DNA of 64,000 nt from a virus. Taxonomy: Duplodnaviria > Caudoviricetes. Below are positions 38,816 to 47,248 of the stretch, in pieces. The stretch lies in the IMG/VR virus record IMGVR_UViG_2831987924_000001, one strand, 5' to 3'. The translations under genes were made by a program, and so were the position numbers. Each line of letters opens with the position of its first letter. Position 1 is the stretch's first letter. The notes under the pieces are model-generated. The model did not search any database. It saw only the letters and a program-made list of their open reading frames with translations, and was not told where the DNA came from.

Positions 38816-39531
38816 TGAAGGATATTAAAGATTTCTACATACTAGGACTTCCAATTGATACCGAAATTGGTCAATGCGAATTCATTAAAGTAAAGGAGTA
38901 TCCTGATTATTTTGCTGATTTACAAATTATGTCACTTAATAAATTACATATTATCTATAAATATCATGAGATAAATAAAAATCATGAATTGGATGATTTA
39001 ATTAAAGAATTGGAAAAGTTAACTTTATTTGAAATTGTTACAAATATACCTGAACTACAAATAGCTTATTATCGAGTATTTCTTAAAGTATTTGGTAATG
39101 AAGAAGCTTTATATAAGATTAATAATCAAAATTTTGATTATTATAGAAAATTAATTATGGATATGAATTGTGTTAAAGAAGAGGTTATCAATCCTAATCC
39201 AGAGATTCAAAAATTTATTGAAAAAAGTAAACGTGTAAAACAGCAAGAAAATGAACCGTTGACATTTGCTGATATTGTTTCAAGTGTGGTTGGCTATAAT
39301 GGATTAAGCTATCGTGACATTAATGAAATGACAGTATATCAATTATACATGACATTCCATCGTATTGCTCAAATTAAGGGATATGACACCAGTACTTTAT
39401 TTGCTACTGTTTCTACTGAGAAAATTAAAATTGAGAGCTGGTGTAAACATATTAATTTATTTGAAGAAGAAAAACATGCTATAGAATACAATACATTTAA
39501 ACAAACTACAGGGAGTATTGTTAATGAGTAG
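38815..39531 (+). CDS. Putative tail assembly chaperone-like protein
   Basis: INEMTVYQLY motif; synteny. Confidence 0.5.
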   Translation: MKDIKDFYILGLPIDTEIGQCEFIKVKEYPDYFADLQIMSLNKLHIIYKYHEINKNHELDDLIKELEKLTLFEIVTNIPELQIAYYRVFLKVFGNEEALYKINNQNFDYYRKLIMDMNCVKEEVINPNPEIQKFIEKSKRVKQQENEPLTFADIVSSVVGYNGLSYRDINEMTVYQLYMTFHRIAQIKGYDTSTLFATVSTEKIKIESWCKHINLFEEEKHAIEYNTFKQTTGSIVNE

Positions 39532-39585
39532 ATTACATTCTACTCATTAATATAAATTATATTATTTCAAGGAGGAGAATTAATA

Positions 39586-40320
39586 ATGAAATTATTAGTT
39601 ATGGATACTGCTGATGTAGTAATGAAAAGAAAATCTGATGGTCATGTTTTTATCACTGCTGAAGCACAATTAACATCGATTAGTCAAACGCTTGGAATTA
39701 ATGAAAAAATTTATGGTGGTATTGGTAATAAACCACTTGCCATTATGAAAGGGCAAAAAGAAGTTACGTCTACACTTCGCAACGCTTTTTATGATTTAGA
39801 ATTCCTTTCTATGACTCAAGGTGTTGCTATTGATGAAAATGGTACTGCAACAGTTTACAAAACTGAAAAAGAATTGACTGTTGTAGATAATGCAGGAACT
39901 CTTGAAGTAACGATTACAGGAACACCTGTTGATAATACAGTATATGTAAGAAATGCGGCTGGTGAAGTTGAACAGGCAACAGCTACATCTAGAAAAGTGA
40001 CTATTCCAACTGGACATGCTGGTGCAGGTGAAATTGTTTCTGTAACTTATCAAGAAAAAGTTACAGGCAATATTGTTGAATTGGATGCAGAAAAATTTGC
40101 TGAAGCATATACACTTGAGTATCATACGATTGCTTATGATCCTGCTACAAATAAAGTTGTAAAAGATATTTATATTCAATTAGATCATGTTGTTCCAACT
40201 GGTGAATTCGAACTTTCTTTAGAAAATGGTACTGCTATTGCTCCTGAAATCAACTTTGAATGTTTAGCAGCTCCGGGCACAAATAAAATTGGACGTGTTA
40301 TTGAAGTTGATCGTGTCTAA
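39586..40320 (+). CDS. Major tail (tube) protein (YomU-like)
   Basis: Beta-rich 244 aa protein, strong SD, synteny. Confidence 0.7.
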   Translation: MKLLVMDTADVVMKRKSDGHVFITAEAQLTSISQTLGINEKIYGGIGNKPLAIMKGQKEVTSTLRNAFYDLEFLSMTQGVAIDENGTATVYKTEKELTVVDNAGTLEVTITGTPVDNTVYVRNAAGEVEQATATSRKVTIPTGHAGAGEIVSVTYQEKVTGNIVELDAEKFAEAYTLEYHTIAYDPATNKVVKDIYIQLDHVVPTGEFELSLENGTAIAPEINFECLAAPGTNKIGRVIEVDRV

Positions 40321-40425
40321 TTAATAAAAATATAAAAATACATATATAAAATGTCAATTTTATTTAGAGGGTAGATTCTCCCTACCCTCCCCCTATTTTA
40401 TGAGGAATAAAAGGAGGTCAAATAA

Positions 40426-40953
40426 ATGGCTCGTAAAAAATCTAATCTGTTGAAAATGACAGATGTTAAAAAGAAATATAAAGAACTTGATACAGTTGAA
40501 ATTTACACATTTGATGATGGAAAAGAATTAAAATTCTCCCCTTTCTTCAAGGTTTCGGTAATTGAAGAATTGCTTCGTGAATTAGCTGAAAAAATGAATT
40601 ATGCACATGAAAAAGGCATTGAAATTAACGATGCATTTGTTCTTCATTATATCAATTTCCTCTGCATTAAATATTTCACTCATCTGAAAGATAGTATTTC
40701 TGATGAATTTGAAAAACAATTACAAGAAATGGAATGGCTTATTGATACTGGTTACTATGCAAAAATTATTAATGAAGTGTTCTTACCTCAAGAGCTACAT
40801 AAAGTAATGGATGCGGTGACTGATATTAATAGCCGTGCGATCTTCTTTGAGAAATTAGAAAAAGATTTACAACGTAAATTAGAGAAATTGGATATTTTCC
40901 GTATGCAAATTTTAAGTAAGTTTGAAGATAACGCTGGAGAAAGCGTGGAATAG
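40426..40953 (+). CDS. Tail-region hypothetical protein (possible chaperone)
   Basis: Follows the tail tube gene; AGGAGGT SD. Confidence 0.6.
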   Translation: MARKKSNLLKMTDVKKKYKELDTVEIYTFDDGKELKFSPFFKVSVIEELLRELAEKMNYAHEKGIEINDAFVLHYINFLCIKYFTHLKDSISDEFEKQLQEMEWLIDTGYYAKIINEVFLPQELHKVMDAVTDINSRAIFFEKLEKDLQRKLEKLDIFRMQILSKFEDNAGESVE

Positions 40954-40956
40954 ATT

Positions 40957-41379
40957 ATGCCAGTAATCAGAAATATAAATGAATTAAAAAAGTATATAAA
41001 TGAACAAGCTAAAAAAGCTTTGCAGAACGGTAAATATGTGAAAAATACGGTTATTGAAACTGGTAAGAAACATGTTGATAAAGATGTTTATTCCGTGTAT
41101 ACCCCAAAAATCTACGAACGTACTGGATTATTAAGAGAATCATGGGATGTAGAAAATACTGATGATGGAATTGCTGTGTTCAACACAAGAACAGATGGTG
41201 AAAAGTATATTCCTGAGACTATAGAGTATGGGATTAATTATGATTATTCTGGATATGGCTATGCATATGAAAAGCCAAGACCATTCATAGCAAACGCGCG
41301 TGAAGAATTGCGTAATTCTAATGCTCTAAAAGAAGCGATGAAAAAGGATTTGAAAGATGTTGGGTTTGATGTTAAGTAA
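40957..41379 (+). CDS. Tail completion-like protein (HK97 gp10-like)
   Basis: YERTGLLRESW...IEYG...PRPF. Confidence 0.6.
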   Translation: MPVIRNINELKKYINEQAKKALQNGKYVKNTVIETGKKHVDKDVYSVYTPKIYERTGLLRESWDVENTDDGIAVFNTRTDGEKYIPETIEYGINYDYSGYGYAYEKPRPFIANAREELRNSNALKEAMKKDLKDVGFDVK

Positions 41380-41400
41380 GTTTTAAAGGCAATTGTAAAG

Positions 41401-42387
41401 GTGGTGATATTGTTGGAGAAAATTAAAGAAGTTACCACTGAAGAGTGGGAACAAGTAAATGAATTCAATAGACAAATTACTCAAGAATTTCTTGAGCAAC
41501 AACACCTTTCCCCTCAAACTCTTAAACAATATGAATCTGCTTTAAAAATTTTCTTTAGATGGGTAAAAGATTATTGCCAAAATAAACCTATTACTGAATT
41601 AAAACCTCGTGATGCTTTACGTTATCAAAACTATTTAATTAGTCGCAACCTATCTTCTAATGCAGTTAAATTTAAACGCTCTGCTGTTTCTTCTTTATGT
41701 GGTTATATTGAATTGTATTATGCTGATGAATATCCGTTGTTTAGAAATATTTATAATAAGAAAATTCCTAATCCAGCTAAATCATTAAGATATAATAAAG
41801 AACCATTAACTGAAGAAGAATTTAATATGTTAATTGAAGAATTAAAGAAACGTGAAGAGTGGCAAATGGTTGCTTATCTAATTTTTACATATACAACAGG
41901 CTGCCGTAGAGAAGAAAGTCGTCAATTACTAAAAGAAGTTGTGAATTATAGTAAAGTAAAAGATCCGAAAACTGGTGAAGAGAAAAATTATTATTTAACA
42001 CATGAGATTCGATGCAAAGGAAGAGGCAAAGATGGGAAGATTCGGCGTTTCCCATATGATGATTATACAATGGAAGCTTTGAAAAAATGGCTTGAAGTTC
42101 GTGGCGAAGATGATTGTCCTTATATGTTTGTGACTAAAACAAAAGATGGTAAAGTAAGACAAATTTCTGCTTCTACTTTTAATTACTGGTGTCAAGAAAT
42201 CTTTAGTGAGATTGTTGGTAAACGTGTCCACCCTCACCTACTCCGTTCAAGTCGTGCAACAAATTTGGCATTAGCCGAAAATAAGTCAATTGATGCTATC
42301 CAGAAATTGCTTGGACATGAATCTCCTGATACAACACAAATTTATATTGTTAAGAATAGTGATGATGAGATTGATGAAATTTTTTAG
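41401..42387 (+). CDS. Tyrosine recombinase (SPbeta YomM-like)
   Basis: Intact catalytic residues: TGCRREE, KGRG, HLLRSS, LLGH, TTQIY. Confidence 0.9.
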   Translation: MVILLEKIKEVTTEEWEQVNEFNRQITQEFLEQQHLSPQTLKQYESALKIFFRWVKDYCQNKPITELKPRDALRYQNYLISRNLSSNAVKFKRSAVSSLCGYIELYYADEYPLFRNIYNKKIPNPAKSLRYNKEPLTEEEFNMLIEELKKREEWQMVAYLIFTYTTGCRREESRQLLKEVVNYSKVKDPKTGEEKNYYLTHEIRCKGRGKDGKIRRFPYDDYTMEALKKWLEVRGEDDCPYMFVTKTKDGKVRQISASTFNYWCQEIFSEIVGKRVHPHLLRSSRATNLALAENKSIDAIQKLLGHESPDTTQIYIVKNSDDEIDEIF

Positions 42388-42596
42388 AGGAAACTCCCCT
42401 TTTATTCAAATCCATTTGAACTGGACATATGTACAATAGGTACATGTGTCCAATTGAGGTGGGTTTGGATTAAATCCCTCATTCTTTTGTAAAATTTGGA
42501 TAGAAATCTTCTATTCTTCAATATATAATAGAATTAACTCTAGTTTGATAGATGTATGGTATAATATAGTAAACTACTATAAGGGGGAGGAGTAGA

Positions 42597-42773
42597 ATGA
42601 GTGTAGCTTTAAGAGAAAGACCTGTTGTAAAGGGAAATGATGCAAGAAGATTTATTCGAAAAGCAAAAATTAACAATAGAAATTTAATGGATAGAGTCAA
42701 AAATAGAATTAAAAGTTTAGAAAGAGAAGGTATTGATGAAAGCAATGTCAAATATCTTCATAAAACCTATTGA
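42597..42773 (+). CDS. Small basic putative antitoxin (58 aa)
   Basis: MSVALRERPVVKGNDARRFIRKA; GGAGG SD, TGnTATAAT promoter; overlaps the GNAT start. Confidence 0.6.
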   Translation: MSVALRERPVVKGNDARRFIRKAKINNRNLMDRVKNRIKSLEREGIDESNVKYLHKTY

Positions 42774-43263
42774 ATTAAAAGATATGGAAGCAATACAAAA
42801 ATTTGATTGTAATAATACATCAATGAATAATTTTTTAAAGAAGGAAGCATATTATTATCATATAGCAAGAGAAGCTAGTACAAGTTTAGTATACCTTAAT
42901 TCTCAATTAGTTGCTTATTTTACTTTAACGAGATCTGAATTAAACATTGAATCAGACGAATTTGAAGAAATTACTCATAAAACTTCTTTAGACTTGGCTA
43001 GATTAGCAGTTCAAAAAGAATATCAAAAAAATGGAATCGGCACTTACATTATTGATGAAATTAAAAAGATTGGCTATATGATTAATGAAAGATTTATTAC
43101 CACTGATGCATTATATGAATATTGGAAATGGTATAAAAAAAGAGGGTTTGAATATTTAATTGAAGATGAAATTAAATCAGACAATAACAGAGGATTAGTT
43201 TATATGATTATGGATTTATATGATGAACGTTTATTAGATGAGTATTTTGATGAAGTAGTTTGA
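42733..43263 (+). CDS. GNAT acetyltransferase, putative type II TA toxin
   Basis: FDCNNTSMNNFLK, LVAYFTL, LARLAVQKEYQKNGIG, ITTDA, WYKKRGF. Confidence 0.8.
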   Translation: MMKAMSNIFIKPIELKDMEAIQKFDCNNTSMNNFLKKEAYYYHIAREASTSLVYLNSQLVAYFTLTRSELNIESDEFEEITHKTSLDLARLAVQKEYQKNGIGTYIIDEIKKIGYMINERFITTDALYEYWKWYKKRGFEYLIEDEIKSDNNRGLVYMIMDLYDERLLDEYFDEVV

Positions 43264-43320
43264 AGTAAAATTTCGTTCTAATTGTTGGATCACCTCATAA
43301 ATTTTAATGAGGTGATCTAT

Positions 43321-43425
43321 ATGGCTATCCATAAAAGAAAAAAGCCTATTGTAAAAGGTAAAGATGCAGAAAAGTTCATAAAAAAAGCATTAGAAAATCA
43401 AAAGAAAATGAAAAAGAGAAAATAA
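43321..43425 (+). CDS. 34-aa paralogue of the upstream putative antitoxin
   Basis: MAIHKRKKPIVKGKDAEKFIKKALEN; GAGGTG SD; terminator follows. Confidence 0.55.
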   Translation: MAIHKRKKPIVKGKDAEKFIKKALENQKKMKKRK

Positions 43426-43602
43426 ATTAGGACTTCACCAAGAGGTGGAGTTTTTATTTTGGAGATGCCACTCCCCTTATCGCTGGCTATTATAAATGAG
43501 GATTTTAAAATAATTATAAAAATAAAATAGGAGGATAAATTTATTTATCTCTCCTACCCTGTTTGATTTATGTATGTAAAGCCTCAAATGGATTGAGGCA
43601 TA

Positions 43603-43776
43603 TTATTCATATAATCCTTTTTTCTTGAAGTCTTCGATCAGTAATTCGATGGCTCTATCTAGAAGTTTAGAGATTGGAATGTCTGTTGTTTCGGATAGCT
43701 TTCTCAATTCTTCATGAAGTTTAGGATCAATTGTAGATGTGATTTGTGAACGATGTCTTAAAATTTTCTTAGCCAT
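43603..43776 (-). CDS. Ribbon-helix-helix protein (57 aa)
   Basis: RSQITSTIDPKLHEELRKLSETTDIPISKLLDRAIELL; GGGAGG SD. Confidence 0.75.
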   Translation of the reverse strand: MAKKILRHRSQITSTIDPKLHEELRKLSETTDIPISKLLDRAIELLIEDFKKKGLYE

Positions 43777-44000
43777 ATGATCCTCCCTTTTATTTATATA
43801 ATACCTTACACTTCTTTAAGGTTAATTAAACTTCTATAACATATGATACCACAATGCCGTCACTTTGCAACCACTTTTATAAAAAAATCAGAAAAATTTA
43901 ATTAAACTACTTTACAATACATTAAGTGTAAGGTATTATAAGTACAGAAGGTGCAACAAGTGAACGGCATCAAAAATAACAAATTAAGGGAGGATTCAAG

Positions 44001-44228
44001 ATGAAAAATGAAATTTACGGGGAAATCACATTGGGTGTTAAAATGCCAGTGAGTGCCAACAACGAAAGACTAGCAATGTTGGAAGCTCATTACAAGGTAA
44101 GCAATGAAATAACTGACATTGTAGACATAGTGGCAATTGATCACATAACAGGAAAGATACATAAGATTGATATTGTTGATTGGAATATTAATTGGCAAAG
44201 ATTCTTTCGTGGAGATGAGGTAGTTTGA
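44001..44228 (+). CDS. Hypothetical protein divergent from the RHH gene
   Basis: GGGAGG SD; TTTACA-17-TATTAT promoter at 43911-43939. Confidence 0.7.
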   Translation: MKNEIYGEITLGVKMPVSANNERLAMLEAHYKVSNEITDIVDIVAIDHITGKIHKIDIVDWNINWQRFFRGDEVV

Positions 44229-44364
44229 GGTGGTTTGGTATCTAGGCAGGTGAACTACGGACTGATCACCCGTAGTCGCGCAGCTCAACTCCCCTGCCTC
44301 ACCTGCCTAGTTTCTTTTTAATACATAATGGGAGTTGAAATAATGTGGATGGGAGTTGGATGAT

Positions 44365-45675
44365 GTGATTGTTCTTGATCAGAAAGTCAAGGTAAAATGG
44401 CATGGTAGTAATAAAAAACATTATGAATCTTTAGGGTATAAATTTACAAAAATTGGAGATGAATTTGAAGTAGATATTAAACATTTATCTTTAGGTTCTA
44501 ATGCTCTTGTTAAGTGTTATTGCGATTATTGTAATGAGCTTTTTAACAGAAAATATTGTCAGGTAAATGAATGTAAATTTCATTTTTGCAGTCAAAAATG
44601 TCAAGCATTATGGCAGTCTCAGTTTAGAGTCGGTGAAAAATCTTCAAATTATAAAAAAGATATACCTATTGAAGATAGAACAATTACATGTCAATGGTGC
44701 AGAAGAAAATTTACTGTTATGCCAAGTGAAATAAATAAAACTAAATTTTGTTCAAAAAAATGTAGGCAAGAATGGTATGCTAAAGTATGGTCGCAAAATC
44801 CTGAATGGAGAGAAAAAAGCAAACGCCGAGCTGTAAAAATTCTTTCTGAAGGCAAAATAGAAAAAGTTAATACAGAATGTCAAATAATTGTAAATAATTT
44901 GTTAGATGAATTAAATATAAAGTATATTAATGAATATAATTGTGAATATGTTACAATTGACAACTATTTACCAGATTATAATTTAATGATTGAAGTTATG
45001 GGTACTTATTGGCATGTAGACCCAAGATTCTATGAGAAGATTTATTATCAAATGCAATTTGACAGAATTATTCATGATAAAAGAAAAAATAGTATCATAA
45101 AAAGTTTGTATAATATAGATATATTATATTTATGGGAACATGATATATTGAGCAATAAGGAACTATGTAAAGAGTTAATAAAAATGTATATTAATAAAAA
45201 AGGGGAATTAGATGAATACAATTCATTTAATTATGAAATATTGGATGGTTGCTTAATTTTAACTAATAAATATAAGCCTTTTATAGTTTATGATATTGAA
45301 GAATTGCATAATTTATTTGAGTTAAAATCGGGAGAAAAGAAAAGTTTAAAACAAGAAGACAAGTGGATCAAATTTAATTGTGATTGTTGTGGTAAAGAAA
45401 CTGAACAATTAAAATCTAGATATAATAAAGCAAAACATCATTTTTGTAGTCAAAAATGTAAAAAGATTTTTCAACAAAAAGGAAATAATAAAACTTTAGG
45501 TGTTGAAGTTAAATGTGACTATTGCGGAAAACCAAAAATAGTGACTAATTATCAATATAATGATTATCTTGCTGGTAAAAAGAAAAATTTCTTTTGTAAC
45601 TATGAATGTTTTAATAAATGGAAAAAGGTAAATTTTAAAGGTGAAAATAACCCGAATTATAAAGGTAGAAAATAA
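44365..45675 (+). CDS. Free-standing endonuclease, Vsr/DUF559-like PD-(D/E)XK core flanked by CxxC...FCSxxC zinc repeats
   Basis: IDNYLPDYNLMIEVMGTYWH..., LYLWEHDI; GTG start chosen from the GGGAG SD at 44351. Confidence 0.75.
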   Translation: MIVLDQKVKVKWHGSNKKHYESLGYKFTKIGDEFEVDIKHLSLGSNALVKCYCDYCNELFNRKYCQVNECKFHFCSQKCQALWQSQFRVGEKSSNYKKDIPIEDRTITCQWCRRKFTVMPSEINKTKFCSKKCRQEWYAKVWSQNPEWREKSKRRAVKILSEGKIEKVNTECQIIVNNLLDELNIKYINEYNCEYVTIDNYLPDYNLMIEVMGTYWHVDPRFYEKIYYQMQFDRIIHDKRKNSIIKSLYNIDILYLWEHDILSNKELCKELIKMYINKKGELDEYNSFNYEILDGCLILTNKYKPFIVYDIEELHNLFELKSGEKKSLKQEDKWIKFNCDCCGKETEQLKSRYNKAKHHFCSQKCKKIFQQKGNNKTLGVEVKCDYCGKPKIVTNYQYNDYLAGKKKNFFCNYECFNKWKKVNFKGENNPNYKGRK

Positions 45676-45707
45676 TTATTGTTATAAAAAATCAAAAGGT
45701 GATTCCC

Positions 45708-45866
45708 ATGTTTAATAACTACTCCCCCACTCCACAAGAAACTAAACTAAAAGAATCAATTATTAAAGCACTCAAAGAAGTTGAACTAATACGTGAAGGT
45801 AAGCTTCCTAAGAAAACAGCACGTGAAATGTTAAAAGAGGTTAAGGAGGAATTGTATCCAGAATGA
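45708..45866 (+). CDS. Small orphan antitoxin-like protein (52 aa)
   Basis: ALKEVELIREGKLPKKTAREML; AGGTGA SD; family assignment is inference. Confidence 0.45.
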   Translation: MFNNYSPTPQETKLKESIIKALKEVELIREGKLPKKTAREMLKEVKEELYPE

Positions 45867-46070
45867 ATTCACAAAAGAATGGTTTGTTAAAAGAATTAGT
45901 TAGTGATGTAACAACTAGATTGATTTTAAGATTAAATAAAAAATGTGATTGAGGGTAGAATAATCTCTACCCTCCTCTATTGAAGTGAGAAAATCTTTAA
46001 GAATCAAGAAATATGTGGTATAATTTTCATAAAAATTGCATATACTACACCTCTAAGGAGGTGATAGTAT

Positions 46071-46253
46071 ATGCGTGAGAAGGAGGAAAAGGAAATGTTA
46101 GCTACTTCTAAAAAATACAAAAGACCAAAAATTGCACATAATAAATTTGCCAATATGAGTAAAAAAGACTGGAAGGAAGCTAATGAACAAAGTAAAAAAA
46201 CACGTGGAGTTTCAAGACTTACTTATGAAGATATTTTTGGTTGTCGGGGGTAA
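46071..46253 (+). CDS. Putative antitoxin upstream of the PemK-like gene
   Basis: Small ORF overlapping the toxin start, TGnTATAAT promoter. Confidence 0.55.
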   Translation: MREKEEKEMLATSKKYKRPKIAHNKFANMSKKDWKEANEQSKKTRGVSRLTYEDIFGCRG

Positions 46254-46855
46254 TTTGTTTGGTGTCGTTTATCTCTAAAGAAAACTGGTTAAATATTTAT
46301 AGAGGACATGAATATGAAGCTGCCCTACCCTATCCATCTGATACAAAAAGACCTCTTTCGTTTTTTATTCCAGATGATAATGATCCAGAAAGAGGTCGAA
46401 TCGTAGAATCCAATGGGAATTTTAAACCGATTTATATTAATGGTAAACCAATAGCTAAAGAACAGAAAATTATTATGACAGTTAAACCAAGAAAAGTTGT
46501 TGTATTAACTAATGATGAAATTAATCAAAATGAATATTTTGAATATATTTTAGTCGCCCCTATTAATACAATTAAACCAAATGAAAAACATAAAGAATGG
46601 TATCATAAATTAATAAATGATGAACATCCGATTTTTACATATATACCCAAAGGTAAATTAGAAAGATATGTAGATTTAAGTCAGACAATGAGTATACACA
46701 AAAGTTTACTTTTACGTAAGAGTGACCATATCCCTGAAGATCGCATGAAAGTAATTGATGATAACTTAGTACAATGTTTAGCACTAGGGATAATAAATGA
46801 TGATGACATTGAAGAAACTATATATTTGGAAAATATAGAAAAACAAAATAAATAA
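46241..46855 (+). CDS. PemK/MazF-family putative toxin (extended)
   Basis: KPRKVVVLTND..N, ILVAPINT, YVDLSQTMSIHKSLL. Confidence 0.7.
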   Translation: MSGVICLVSFISKENWLNIYRGHEYEAALPYPSDTKRPLSFFIPDDNDPERGRIVESNGNFKPIYINGKPIAKEQKIIMTVKPRKVVVLTNDEINQNEYFEYILVAPINTIKPNEKHKEWYHKLINDEHPIFTYIPKGKLERYVDLSQTMSIHKSLLLRKSDHIPEDRMKVIDDNLVQCLALGIINDDDIEETIYLENIEKQNK

Positions 46856-46957
46856 TTTTGTATCCAGTCGTCACAAAGACGGCTTTTATTTTTGTCATCC
46901 CTCCCCTACCCTTCTTTTGATGAATATGTTATAATAATGTAAATATTACCAAAAGAG

Positions 46958-47191
46958 GTGAAGGGTGTGAATAAGAAAGAACAAATTAAACTTCAAATAA
47001 AAGCCTATTTGTTTTTTATCGTTGTGGGATTACTTATATTTTTCATATTTATTAAACCGATTATTGGTGGTTTGGTAAATGATTATAAACATGATCGAGA
47101 AATAATTACGAATCGTGAATGGAAAGAGTTTCAAGAGTGGGAACAAAAACAGGAACAAAAAGAATGGGAAAATCAAGAAGTTAATCATTAA
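46958..47191 (+). CDS. Small single-TM membrane protein (moron-like)
   Basis: Own TGnTATAAT promoter and terminator. Confidence 0.6.
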   Translation: MKGVNKKEQIKLQIKAYLFFIVVGLLIFFIFIKPIIGGLVNDYKHDREIITNREWKEFQEWEQKQEQKEWENQEVNH

Positions 47192-47248
47192 TTAACCACT
47201 AACAAATGTCGTTAGTGGTTTTATTTTTTTGTAAAGGATGGTGGTGAT

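Noticed and set aside
41401-42387. Recombinase as the prophage integrase marking an att end
   Set aside because: It sits mid tail operon with phage genes on both sides, as SPbeta yomM does; no host boundary is visible.
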